DNA of 64,000 bases, from the sequence record ON922919. The stretch is one strand, 5' to 3'. The notes beneath the pieces were generated by a model. It saw only the letters and a list, made by a program, of their open reading frames with translations. It was not told the DNA's origin and did not search any database. Shown here piece after piece: positions 39,547 to 48,716 of the stretch. A program made the translations under genes and the position numbers. This DNA comes from Escherichia phage vB_EcoM_PD205. Numbering within the stretch: position 1 is the first letter of the stretch; every line of letters begins with the position of its first letter.

Positions 39547-40349
39547 TAACGCTTACCGAACAGTGATTTACCACCAGCTGGAGTAGTACCTGTGCCAGCA
39601 CCTGCACCTGGTTTAGGAGGCAAACCACCTTTACTATTACCACCAGTAGAACCCTTGGTCTTATCACGGGTTTTGCCTTTGTTCTTCTCTAACCATGCTG
39701 CGTAGAATACAGCTAGTTCTGGGGTCAGTTCTTTCTCAGCCTTCTCTGCTTCCTGAGCCTCGACGACTGTGACCAACAGCTCCGGATGAAACACTTTCTG
39801 AATCTCGTTTACTTCACGAGTTTCACCGGAGTCAACATAACCGTTGTCACCCTTAACCTGCTTGGATTCCAGAACCTTTTCCAGAGCGAAGGTAACAGTC
39901 TGTCCTACCAGGTCAACTGGAACCATGACGGATTTATTAACTTCTGCTTTAGCATCGAAGTCATAGACTTTGACAATCTTCTCTTCGAAGTCTGCTTCAG
40001 GCAGTTCAGTACCAGTAGCCATCAGCATCATGTCGTTAATGACAGTGTAGCCAGGCAGGAAGTATTCTTTACCGTTCTTCTCGTAAGTCGGCTTGTTGCC
40101 TTTAGCATTACCAGAAGTGAAGTACACCTGAGCACGGAACTCACCGGCAGGTACGCCGTCAGAGTTTTTCAGGTCTTCAATAATTAACTGCATCCAGTCT
40201 GCACCAGAATCAGCTTTGCCTACATAGGCTACTTTTACAGTACCGGTGTAGATATCGGATTCTTTTGCACCGAATCCACCACCACCAAGGGAGTCTTTAA
40301 CAGCTTCAACGTTTTTGGTTTTTTCTTTCAGATTACTGAACAATGACAT
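39546..40349 (-). CDS. putative single-stranded DNA-binding protein (N4 gp45-like by size and position)
   Basis: 267 aa; Gly-rich flexible C-terminal tail; adjacent to replication genes. Confidence 0.35.
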   Translation of the reverse strand: MSLFSNLKEKTKNVEAVKDSLGGGGFGAKESDIYTGTVKVAYVGKADSGADWMQLIIEDLKNSDGVPAGEFRAQVYFTSGNAKGNKPTYEKNGKEYFLPGYTVINDMMLMATGTELPEADFEEKIVKVYDFDAKAEVNKSVMVPVDLVGQTVTFALEKVLESKQVKGDNGYVDSGETREVNEIQKVFHPELLVTVVEAQEAEKAEKELTPELAVFYAAWLEKNKGKTRDKTKGSTGGNSKGGLPPKPGAGAGTGTTPAGGKSLFGKR

Positions 40350-40388
40350 ATGATTTTCCTAATAAGTGATTAACAACCAGGCAAACGC

Positions 40389-41141
40389 TTAAGCGTAGTA
40401 TTCAGCCAGGTGGTCTAAGAGTTTCTGGGCATCGTTATCAATGTAAGTCTCGGACTTATCGAACATACCCATTGGGGAACGAAGTCGTTTACCAACAGAC
40501 TTCTTGGTTGGACGGGTCTGGAATACGTGCTTATACCCTAAGTCACGTTCTTCTTCCGTAATTTCTAACATCTTGTTCCCATACTTCTCCAGTTCTTTAA
40601 TATCTACGCGTTCTGCATAAACTACTGTAGAGAAGTAGGCTTCAAGCCCATTATTCTTCAGAGAGCCTTTCACTGGGATGAATGTTTTCATCACACCAGC
40701 AGCTTCATCCAGTTCGTCTTTAGCATGAGCAGTAATGATTACTGGCTTACCAAACTTAACGACTTTTTGTTGCAGCAGTATTTTAAAGAACTGTGCAAAG
40801 TCACCCCATGCTTTCTGCGTATTTGCAGAAGGCAGAACATACTGGGATTCCAGCATATCCATCATGAAGGTTGCTGAGTCAATGATGATACCATCAACAT
40901 CGTCTGCCATTTCTCCACCAGGAGATGCAACATCAAATGCTTCCCAAATCTGGTATGGGTCTTCAATGTTGTAGGTATTGAATTTGTTACGGAAAGGCAG
41001 ACGTTTACCTGCTTCAGTATTCAGATAGAGCCAGCGTTCCTGGTTCCGGATGTTACGCAGTGATGCTGATTTACCACTCGCTGAGAATCCTGCAATCAGG
41101 ATTAGCTGAGTGTTCATATCATTGGGAATTACTTCGGACAT
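40389..41141 (-). CDS. P-loop NTPase
   Basis: 250 aa; Walker A GFSASGKS near N-terminus, hydrophobic-Asp Walker B-like IIIDSA. Confidence 0.5.
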   Translation of the reverse strand: MSEVIPNDMNTQLILIAGFSASGKSASLRNIRNQERWLYLNTEAGKRLPFRNKFNTYNIEDPYQIWEAFDVASPGGEMADDVDGIIIDSATFMMDMLESQYVLPSANTQKAWGDFAQFFKILLQQKVVKFGKPVIITAHAKDELDEAAGVMKTFIPVKGSLKNNGLEAYFSTVVYAERVDIKELEKYGNKMLEITEEERDLGYKHVFQTRPTKKSVGKRLRSPMGMFDKSETYIDNDAQKLLDHLAEYYA

Positions 41142-41197
41142 TATTTTTCCTCATTTAATTTAGGAGTCCTTCAAACCAAAGAAAGACTCCTGTTTGC

Positions 41198-43408
41198 TTA
41201 CTTGCCAGCGAAGCGTTTAGCCACGGTGACCATTACGGTTGCATTCAATTCATCATCTGGTAATGGATTAGTCAGTTTCTTATTGAATGAGTGGACGGCT
41301 TGCTGTACTTGGGCAAAGTCCCAACCACTGTCAACCAATGCCAGTGCGTACTTAATCATTTGATTATTACGATTACCGGTAGCAATACGACTAGCGAACC
41401 AACGCTCCAGATTATCCAACGACTGTACTTCCTTCATCTGGTTCCGGAACTGCTCGTTCTTACTAGTACGAGGAATAAAATCACGCACGTCCAACAGATT
41501 TGCTTCAAGATTGTAATGATAGGAACCAGTCTCGCAGGACATCCACTTCTTGGCTCGTTGGTTAGCAGATTCATCTGTTTCGAACGGTAGCCAAGACATG
41601 ACGTTATTCATGAACTCTTTGTATTCCTCAGTGTCGAGGTGTAATTCATAGTTCATTGGAATAATCAGTCGGAATCGGTTCTCTTCATCAGAATGGCGTT
41701 TAGTGGTATAGGTCATGAACTTATATTCCTTCATCAGTTCATGGCACGTATGCAGAGGTACTCCACCATCACAGTCAATAACAATCATGTTAAATCCTGG
41801 AATAACGTTCTCTTCAGAACGATGCCCATTCTTCATGTGATGGTTTACCCAATGCATACCTGGAGCTTGGGTTAATACATGCAACTGGTCGAACGGTACA
41901 CGTTCACCAATGTAGTCATAAGCAAAGCTATCACTATATGCCACTATCATCTCATTGATGTCAGTCTCTTTCAGAGTCTCACCACGGAAGAACTCAATAC
42001 CTTCGTTGAAGGTTTTCTTAATGATGATATGCTGTTTGTAGCCCCATGCTGTAGCAAGAGTCATCATCTCATTACGAGCTGCATTGCCACTCTTATAGAA
42101 CGGTAACGACTCCACCAAGTCAGCATGAGTTACTTCTTTACCTACAGAAGCAATGTACTTAGCCAGCTTCACATAAGCCTTCTCGCGATTGAGGATTGTC
42201 TGAAATGCTGCCCCAGATTCCTCTACGAGCAGGATTGCTTGTTTAAGGTGAGACATTTCAATGAATGAACTCTGGTCAACAAACGCCAGTGCTCCAGCCA
42301 GCTTAAGAGCTTTGAAGTAACGGTGGGAAATTTCGGCCTTACGAATTTCTTCGTGGTCAGCCATAGCTTCTGCTTGTTTCTCACAATCAATCTTGTAAGT
42401 AATCAGAGCAATACCCACAGCATCTTCCACAACCATCTTAAAGCCAAACAGGTTTGGGTCAGCCAAACTATGGAAGTGGTTGGCCCACTTGCCAAGAGAC
42501 TGTACGTTATCCTGCTTAATCAGGTTACGGTAGATTTCTTCTGGAGACATTGTTGCATGTGCTCGCTTGTCTAAATGCCCAATCGCAAACAGACATCGAC
42601 GTGCATACCCTGTATCCAGAAAGTCATAGAACTGATCTTCGGTCTGACCACCATCCAGTAACTTACTTGGCGTACCAAATAACAACAGGTTAGCTGGAGT
42701 CTTACCATCCAGTTCTTCACCACGAACACTTTCAGCAGTGTTCTTGGTTAACTTCTGCTTAACCTTACCCTGGTCATATAATTCCAGGAACAGGGTTAAT
42801 ACATCTGTGTTAGCCAACAGGTTTGAACCAATTTCATCAATCTGAAGGTTGATTGAACCACACCCAGCCATTAACAGTTTATGCCGTAGTTGTTTAACTG
42901 CTGGTGGAGTACCTGAGTCAAACGTAAACGGATATGCCCCAGCACGCTTATACTCTGCTTCAACTTTATCAAACTCATCATTCTGGTCTGTACCTTGTCG
43001 AGCAGCACGTTCGTTAGCAATCTTCCATAAACGGTCATTTGCAATGACGGGCATGGTGTCTTCCATAAAACGTTTACGGAAGCCAGTCATAAACCCGTCT
43101 TCAATAATATTTACCGAGTGACCTTTACCGAAGCCAGACGTTGCTAATGCCATAGCGTAAATGTTGACTGGTAAGTCACCACGGTCTTTAGTGACAATGG
43201 TTGCACCCATGCAGGATGCCATTTTAGCCAGGAAGTAGGCTACTTCGACACGGAAGAATCCTCTGTCGTTGTTTTGTGTCTTGTTACACAGCACGTCTAC
43301 AATTTCTTCAATTGCAGGGTGGTGAGTGACTCCGGTCAGGTCAATACTCATGATGGAAAATATCTCTCTCTTTGTTTGCAAATGGTTGCGACAGGGCAGT
43401 ATAGACAA
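41198..43408 (-). CDS. putative DNA primase-like replication protein
   Basis: 736 aa; DxD-containing segment NMIVIDCDGG; position in replication module. Confidence 0.4.
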   Translation of the reverse strand: MSILPCRNHLQTKREIFSIMSIDLTGVTHHPAIEEIVDVLCNKTQNNDRGFFRVEVAYFLAKMASCMGATIVTKDRGDLPVNIYAMALATSGFGKGHSVNIIEDGFMTGFRKRFMEDTMPVIANDRLWKIANERAARQGTDQNDEFDKVEAEYKRAGAYPFTFDSGTPPAVKQLRHKLLMAGCGSINLQIDEIGSNLLANTDVLTLFLELYDQGKVKQKLTKNTAESVRGEELDGKTPANLLLFGTPSKLLDGGQTEDQFYDFLDTGYARRCLFAIGHLDKRAHATMSPEEIYRNLIKQDNVQSLGKWANHFHSLADPNLFGFKMVVEDAVGIALITYKIDCEKQAEAMADHEEIRKAEISHRYFKALKLAGALAFVDQSSFIEMSHLKQAILLVEESGAAFQTILNREKAYVKLAKYIASVGKEVTHADLVESLPFYKSGNAARNEMMTLATAWGYKQHIIIKKTFNEGIEFFRGETLKETDINEMIVAYSDSFAYDYIGERVPFDQLHVLTQAPGMHWVNHHMKNGHRSEENVIPGFNMIVIDCDGGVPLHTCHELMKEYKFMTYTTKRHSDEENRFRLIIPMNYELHLDTEEYKEFMNNVMSWLPFETDESANQRAKKWMSCETGSYHYNLEANLLDVRDFIPRTSKNEQFRNQMKEVQSLDNLERWFASRIATGNRNNQMIKYALALVDSGWDFAQVQQAVHSFNKKLTNPLPDDELNATVMVTVAKRFAGK

Positions 43409-44328
43409 CGCTTAACCTGTCCCTCCACGACCTTGATAGCACCCTTGCCACCTTTTTCAGCCATGAAGATACGAGCAGATGCCATATCGTCAAAGTTTTT
43501 GGTACTTCTGGCTCCAGGTACATCTACCTTAGAAGCATCAGAGAAGTATTTGAATTGTGGCTCTGTTCGCCACAACTCCTCGTCAGTACATTCAGGAATT
43601 TCCTCTTCAGGAGCATTCCAGTACTTTTCAATGAGGTGAATCTTCTCTTCTACCCAACGTTCAGTCTTATCGACAGATAGCAACGGAATATCCTTATGCA
43701 TAATACGATTAGCAGGATAGTTCGGATTGCTATTAGCCATGTGCTTCATGAAGTCAGTGAAGATGTAGTTAATACGAATTACATCCTCAGTAATGATGTC
43801 GTTGTGAATCCAACGATACAAGCTGCCTTGCATCTTGTGTTCATCATCACGGGAACCAGCAACCCAGGAATAGGTTGAGGTAGACTTAAAGTCCTGCAAC
43901 AGACCTTCTGTTACGATGTCAAACTTACCACCGATAGTCCAACCCTTAACTACCCTGGTTCCACGTTGTTCAATGTAGATTGGGATAAGGTCAGGGTTAG
44001 CATCAAAGTCTGCTTTGGTTGGGTTAATGACTACTGCATCAATTACTCGCTGAGGATAACCTAGCTTCTTCAATGCAGTCTTGTGGCCCAGCTTCCAGGC
44101 TTTCTCGATAGAATCATGTAAACCAGTACCCATTGATGTGGAGACGAAATCCATAACATCAATTGACTGGTCACTTAAATCTACACGATGTTTCATGACG
44201 ATTTGCTTAATGGGCTTAAGCAATGTAGTAACAGACAGATACTTAGGATTGTCTACGTAATCATACTCATCATGTAATAGCCATACAGCCAGAGCCAGTG
44301 AGACATCATGATTGTTGGTTATCTTCAT
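43348..44328 (-). CDS. putative Cas4/RecB-family (PD-(D/E)XK) nuclease with Cys cluster
   Basis: 326 aa; C-terminal C-x2-C-x5-C (CLYCPVATIC); D..E..K-like segment FDIVTEGLLQDFK. Confidence 0.4.
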   Translation of the reverse strand: MKITNNHDVSLALAVWLLHDEYDYVDNPKYLSVTTLLKPIKQIVMKHRVDLSDQSIDVMDFVSTSMGTGLHDSIEKAWKLGHKTALKKLGYPQRVIDAVVINPTKADFDANPDLIPIYIEQRGTRVVKGWTIGGKFDIVTEGLLQDFKSTSTYSWVAGSRDDEHKMQGSLYRWIHNDIITEDVIRINYIFTDFMKHMANSNPNYPANRIMHKDIPLLSVDKTERWVEEKIHLIEKYWNAPEEEIPECTDEELWRTEPQFKYFSDASKVDVPGARSTKNFDDMASARIFMAEKGGKGAIKVVEGQVKRCLYCPVATICKQRERYFPS

Positions 44329-44590
44329 TATAAGCCTTTTTCAATATGCGATTGGCATAGTGCACAATCTTCTCTGAGTCGTACACCGAAGAATTACCAG
44401 GTTTACCATTACCCATACGGGCAGCAGCATTTCGCCATAGAGCTTTAAAGGCACAACCTTCATCGAAGGTCATGCCCAGTGCTTGGATAATATCCTCACA
44501 CTCTGCTTGGTATGGTTCTTGCTCTTTCCGCTGAGGGTGCTTAACTGACACTACATACCAGTTATTCAATCCACCGGAGAGCTTAGTCAT
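44306..44590 (-). CDS. hypothetical protein
   Basis: 94-aa ORF, co-oriented, tightly packed. Confidence 0.35.
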   Translation of the reverse strand: MTKLSGGLNNWYVVSVKHPQRKEQEPYQAECEDIIQALGMTFDEGCAFKALWRNAAARMGNGKPGNSSVYDSEKIVHYANRILKKAYNEDNQQS

Positions 44591-44895
44591 TATTCCCCCT
44601 TGGGGATCATGTTTGCCTGGAACTCTGGTTCAGACATCAGACCCAGGTTGCTGAGAGACAGATAAACAATGTCTTTCAAATCAACCGAAGTGTCGAAACG
44701 TTGGTCCAGACTAATCTTCAGGGAATGATTGGCACGAGCCAAATCTTTGTAGGTCACATAAGGTTCATCAGTGAGCAACATTGTGTTCATGGTAAGCAGG
44801 GAACCATCATCCACTTTAGGAAGTTGGAATACTACCTGTGCTGCTACCATCCAATGATATTTTTTGACTACAGTTTCTTTAGTACTTTTGGTCAT
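44590..44895 (-). CDS. hypothetical protein
   Basis: 101-aa ORF, start overlaps upstream stop. Confidence 0.35.
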   Translation of the reverse strand: MTKSTKETVVKKYHWMVAAQVVFQLPKVDDGSLLTMNTMLLTDEPYVTYKDLARANHSLKISLDQRFDTSVDLKDIVYLSLSNLGLMSEPEFQANMIPKGE

Positions 44896-45722
44896 GCGAA
44901 TGCCTTTTGAATTATTTGATGAACTTCTTCTGGGGTAGCGTGATTTGGAATTTCAATCTCGTTAGCCCACGTTGGGTAGAACAAGGATAGTTCCCCACCC
45001 AAGCCAACTTCTGGATGAGCAATATCGGGATGGTCTTGCCAGTTAACGGCCTCAACCAAGTGCTTGTTCGTGAACTGCAAGGTATCCATGTTGTCACGAA
45101 TCATGAAGTACTGAGCATCGTGAATGTGAATACTAGGACGTATATCTAACCTGAACTCACTGGCTCTGACTTTACGCATAAATTCTGAACCAGCACGATT
45201 ATTTAGTAGACACCAGCTTTGCCCTAAAGCATTACCAGCAGTTCTGCCTTCTGCTTCTGCTTCATACGGAGTCTTACATGTCCCACGTAATACTTGAGCC
45301 AGTAAAGGAGTACGCACTCTCAAACCGAATGCGGCAGTAACATAACCAGTTTTGGCAGCTTCGTCTAGTTTAGCCTGAACCCACATGTCGCTAACTACAT
45401 AGAGGTCGTGATAACGTTTCTCTGTAGTCTTAGCCTTCTCTTCAGAGAAGCCACAGTTTTTCATTAAGCCCATATATGTACCACCATAAGTAAGCAAGAA
45501 GGTTGGAGCCTTCGAGTCACTACGTAATGATTTGTACTTATGCTGGATGGAGTTAATGGATTCTACCGTGTCTTCTATGTCTGGCATCTGCTCACCAAAG
45601 TAAGCATATGCACGGAGACTGTGTCCATCATAGCCCGTTGAACTACCTACCTTTTTTACAGATTGAATCTTTTTGCCAGTGAAATCATGAGTTGATTTTG
45701 GCAAGTTGTCGAATTGCGACAT
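44892..45722 (-). CDS. DNA polymerase family A, C-terminal fragment (fingers/palm, motifs B and C)
   Basis: 276 aa; motif B-like RSDSKAPTFLLTYGGTY (R..K...F..YG) and HD motif IHIHDAQ; own RBS GAGGAGG upstream of ATG. Confidence 0.75.
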   Translation of the reverse strand: MSQFDNLPKSTHDFTGKKIQSVKKVGSSTGYDGHSLRAYAYFGEQMPDIEDTVESINSIQHKYKSLRSDSKAPTFLLTYGGTYMGLMKNCGFSEEKAKTTEKRYHDLYVVSDMWVQAKLDEAAKTGYVTAAFGLRVRTPLLAQVLRGTCKTPYEAEAEGRTAGNALGQSWCLLNNRAGSEFMRKVRASEFRLDIRPSIHIHDAQYFMIRDNMDTLQFTNKHLVEAVNWQDHPDIAHPEVGLGGELSLFYPTWANEIEIPNHATPEEVHQIIQKAFA

Positions 45723-46227
45723 CTCTGCGGTTCCTCCTCATAACCTCATCCCACTTATGACGGATACCGAGTCTGTCAGCAGTGGTTCTGAGCATTTTAT
45801 GCAGTGTTTCTGCACGTCTGCCTATTTCTTGGGCGAGTTCACCTACTTGCTTACCTTCCAGTACTTCAAATAGGTACTTCTCCTTGTCATTTGCAGACAT
45901 ATATCCAGGACGTAATCCTGTTCGCAGGGCGTGTTCTGAATTTTGGGATGCTGTACACCATTCCAGATTATCCTTATGGGGATTCTGTTTATTCCCATCC
46001 AGATGATTTACATACTTGTATCCATATGGATTGGGAATAAAGTGTTTAGCTACCAGAATATGAACCAATTCCTGTTGGTGCGTACCATCCCCTTTCGCTA
46101 AACCAACCTTAAGATACCCATTAGGATTTACTGTTGGTTTAAGCGGGGAATTGTTAGCAAGATTGGTGATGGAACCATCCTCTGAAATTAGATAACGGTT
46201 CTCAAAGTAGGCTATTGGTATAGGCAT
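45685..46227 (-). CDS. HNH homing endonuclease inserted between the two DNA polymerase halves
   Basis: about 180 aa from Met at 46227 (RBS GGAGAGG); NUMOD-like IAYFENRYLISEDGSITNL, HNH core with H..N..N (VNHLDGNKQNPHKDNLEWCTASQN), C-terminal HTH-like tail. Confidence 0.7.
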   Translation of the reverse strand: MPIPIAYFENRYLISEDGSITNLANNSPLKPTVNPNGYLKVGLAKGDGTHQQELVHILVAKHFIPNPYGYKYVNHLDGNKQNPHKDNLEWCTASQNSEHALRTGLRPGYMSANDKEKYLFEVLEGKQVGELAQEIGRRAETLHKMLRTTADRLGIRHKWDEVMRRNRRDVAIRQLAKINS

Positions 46228-48166
46228 TATAAAATTCCTCTCCGGTAAATGTTTTCCCATCATAAACAATTGTATCATCATCTCGGATATGATGGTCAAC
46301 TCCATCGATAGTAACGCTATACACAATTACCCCCATGTACACTTTGAGCTTCTGTGGGTCTTTAGTAGTTAGTGCAGAGATTCTGTCTTCCAGCGAGGCG
46401 AAATCCAAGCCGCAAAATATCCAGCCTGGAGGAGCTTCGAAGCATTTCTTAATCTTCTTGGCATATTTAGAGCCGGATGGAATTGTTTGTAGATTTGGCT
46501 CTGAAGCCGATAGCCTACCGGAGACTGTGCCTCCCAGATTGAGGTTACCGAACAGGTAGTGCCAGCCATCCGGTCCCGGTTGGGCATTCCGGAAAGCTGG
46601 TATAAAGCTAGTGATAATCTTATCCACGAGCTTATAGTCGATAAGTGCATTGAGCAGTTCCTTAACATCTTCACTTTGCGTATGTGTACGCAGTGCTTTA
46701 ATAGTGTCACCGTCAGTAGCAGGTTGCTTGCTCTTAGTAAGACCAAGAACTGGTAAGCCAATATAATCAAATAACAGCTTCTGTAGCTGCGGTCCGGAGT
46801 TAGGGTTAAACTCGATGTCACAATCAGCAAGTGTTACTTGTTTCTTCTTGAGCTTAGCATTCTTATCGTCTACCCATTCCTGACGAAGCATCAGGGTGAA
46901 GTTCTTCATGAGCTTAGACTCACGAATAGTTTTCAGAGCCTGGTTCCTGTCAGTTTCCATCTCTTTAGCTACTTGGTTAACGGTATCCATATTCATGGGC
47001 ATACCGGTTAACTGCATCTGGATAATATCTTCACAAGCTGGCTTAAAGATGTTGTTGTAAACATCCAATTGGTCATCAGCAACGAGAGTATCCCAGTGCT
47101 TCTCATAAGTGTACCACGTACATAAACCATCAATGAGGTTGTAACGTAACAGTTGCTCATTAGGAATAAGACGAATGTCTTTAATATCATCCTGAGCATA
47201 GTTACCAGCATACTCCTGAGCCTGGTCTTTCAGACTAAGGTGATTACCAGCACAACTGTTAGTAGCCAGGTAGGTGATTAACTTAGTGCAATCCCAGTTA
47301 CGCAGCATGATTTCCATGCCATGTAGTAAACCTTCTGTATCAATCAGGTTATCCATGAATAACTGATAGATAAGCACATACACGTCATAGCTAATGTTGT
47401 GATACATCTGCCGTTGGGTGTACTTAATGAAGAACTCACGTAGAAGATTTCGAACAATATCATTTCTGTTGATACGCCCATAAGGTGCTTCAGTAGCTCC
47501 AGGTATCGGCTCGTAGTCCACATTAAAGGCTATGCCTTGTGTCTTACTCCAACAGAATGTAATTGTTCCTATACCGGCGTTATAGTGCTTTAAACCGAAT
47601 GCTTCAATGTCTATAGCCAGTGGCTTATTCATCTCAAGCAACTGGTCTAGCCAGGCTTTAATCTTTTCTGGGGTATCCGGGTAGGCTTCAAACTCAATGA
47701 TTCCTTGACCTGGTTCAGCATACTGCCCACGTATGTGGTTAAGTAATGCATCCATACCCTGAGCAATCTTGGATTTCACTACAGGAGGATCATAAAAGAC
47801 CTGCCTGTAGCTAGGTGCATAGATAACTTTCTGCTTACCCCATACTGAGTCACAAACATAGCCGAGGTTAGCCTCTGCTTTTGCTTCTTTAGTCAGTATT
47901 TTAAAGTAATCAGAATCGGTACAGATTATGTATTGAGTTTCTGCATCATCCAGTACTTGTTGCAGTTCCTGCTGTATGAACTCCTTAATCTCCCTTGCAG
48001 GAGTCTTCTTCTTGCCGGGGGCAGAATGAAGTTCAATGAAGATGAAATCTTCCATGCTTAGGTCATTGGGCAGCAGGTAGGTTTTAATCATCTCCTCCCT
48101 TCGGATTTGATGACCGAGGATAGCAATGGGGTACTTACCCGTATCTTGAGAGGTGATGTAACGCAT
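46202..48166 (-). CDS. DNA polymerase family A, N-terminal fragment (3-5 exonuclease plus polymerase motif A)
   Basis: 654 aa; Exo I LAIDIEAFG, Exo II YHNISYDVYVL, motif A CGLDFASLEDRISAL near the C-terminus. Confidence 0.8.
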   Translation of the reverse strand: MRYITSQDTGKYPIAILGHQIRREEMIKTYLLPNDLSMEDFIFIELHSAPGKKKTPAREIKEFIQQELQQVLDDAETQYIICTDSDYFKILTKEAKAEANLGYVCDSVWGKQKVIYAPSYRQVFYDPPVVKSKIAQGMDALLNHIRGQYAEPGQGIIEFEAYPDTPEKIKAWLDQLLEMNKPLAIDIEAFGLKHYNAGIGTITFCWSKTQGIAFNVDYEPIPGATEAPYGRINRNDIVRNLLREFFIKYTQRQMYHNISYDVYVLIYQLFMDNLIDTEGLLHGMEIMLRNWDCTKLITYLATNSCAGNHLSLKDQAQEYAGNYAQDDIKDIRLIPNEQLLRYNLIDGLCTWYTYEKHWDTLVADDQLDVYNNIFKPACEDIIQMQLTGMPMNMDTVNQVAKEMETDRNQALKTIRESKLMKNFTLMLRQEWVDDKNAKLKKKQVTLADCDIEFNPNSGPQLQKLLFDYIGLPVLGLTKSKQPATDGDTIKALRTHTQSEDVKELLNALIDYKLVDKIITSFIPAFRNAQPGPDGWHYLFGNLNLGGTVSGRLSASEPNLQTIPSGSKYAKKIKKCFEAPPGWIFCGLDFASLEDRISALTTKDPQKLKVYMGVIVYSVTIDGVDHHIRDDDTIVYDGKTFTGEEFYNAYTNSLL

Positions 48167-48175
48167 AGCTTTACC

Positions 48176-48706
48176 TTAGAAAATCAGATGGGAAGCTGCA
48201 TAATACTCAATAGAAGGCAGAATCTTCTCATACTGTTTTATTGCCATGGGATCACCAGCAAGTGTCCAGGCTGCTTCACGAGTACGTGGCAGTTCCTTGT
48301 ACTTACCAGTTTGGTCTTGGGCTACCAGGCATTCAGGTAAAGCATCACGTACATCCTGATAGGACATACAACCACGAACCAGGCGATATACAGTCTGGTT
48401 CACAAGGTGTACTTCCATAATCAGGCGACTGGAGGCTTTCAGATACTTGTCCATTGCAGGCCAAAGTTCTGGATTAAGTGTTAATCGTTCACCGTAGGTT
48501 GGAGGTCTGGCAGCATTAGAACGCTGATAGAACTCCCCTTGATAAAGAAATCCAGCCGATATATCAATACCATTGATACGGTCGTTCTTATCAATGATAC
48601 CGTTTAACACACTATCAAGACGAACCAGTTCTGCTAAGAACAGGTGTTTGACTATCTCACTGCTATTGGCAACCTGACCAATAGTCGCTGAACCAATCTG
48701 AGGCAT
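48176..48706 (-). CDS. hypothetical protein
   Basis: 176-aa ORF between helicase and polymerase genes. Confidence 0.4.
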   Translation of the reverse strand: MPQIGSATIGQVANSSEIVKHLFLAELVRLDSVLNGIIDKNDRINGIDISAGFLYQGEFYQRSNAARPPTYGERLTLNPELWPAMDKYLKASSRLIMEVHLVNQTVYRLVRGCMSYQDVRDALPECLVAQDQTGKYKELPRTREAAWTLAGDPMAIKQYEKILPSIEYYAASHLIF

Positions 48707-48716
48707 ATATCCTCCC

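Noticed and set aside
45685-46227. Group I intron or intein explanation for the interrupted polymerase
   Set aside because: The endonuclease ORF fills nearly the whole gap and sits in a different frame with its own RBS, so there is no room for a ribozyme core and no in-frame fusion; a split gene with a free-standing endonuclease is more consistent. Not formally excluded without structure search.
46369-46830. 153-aa - strand ORF in an alternative frame of the DNA polymerase N-terminal gene
   Set aside because: Fully overlaps a motif-supported polymerase ORF in another frame; most likely spurious.
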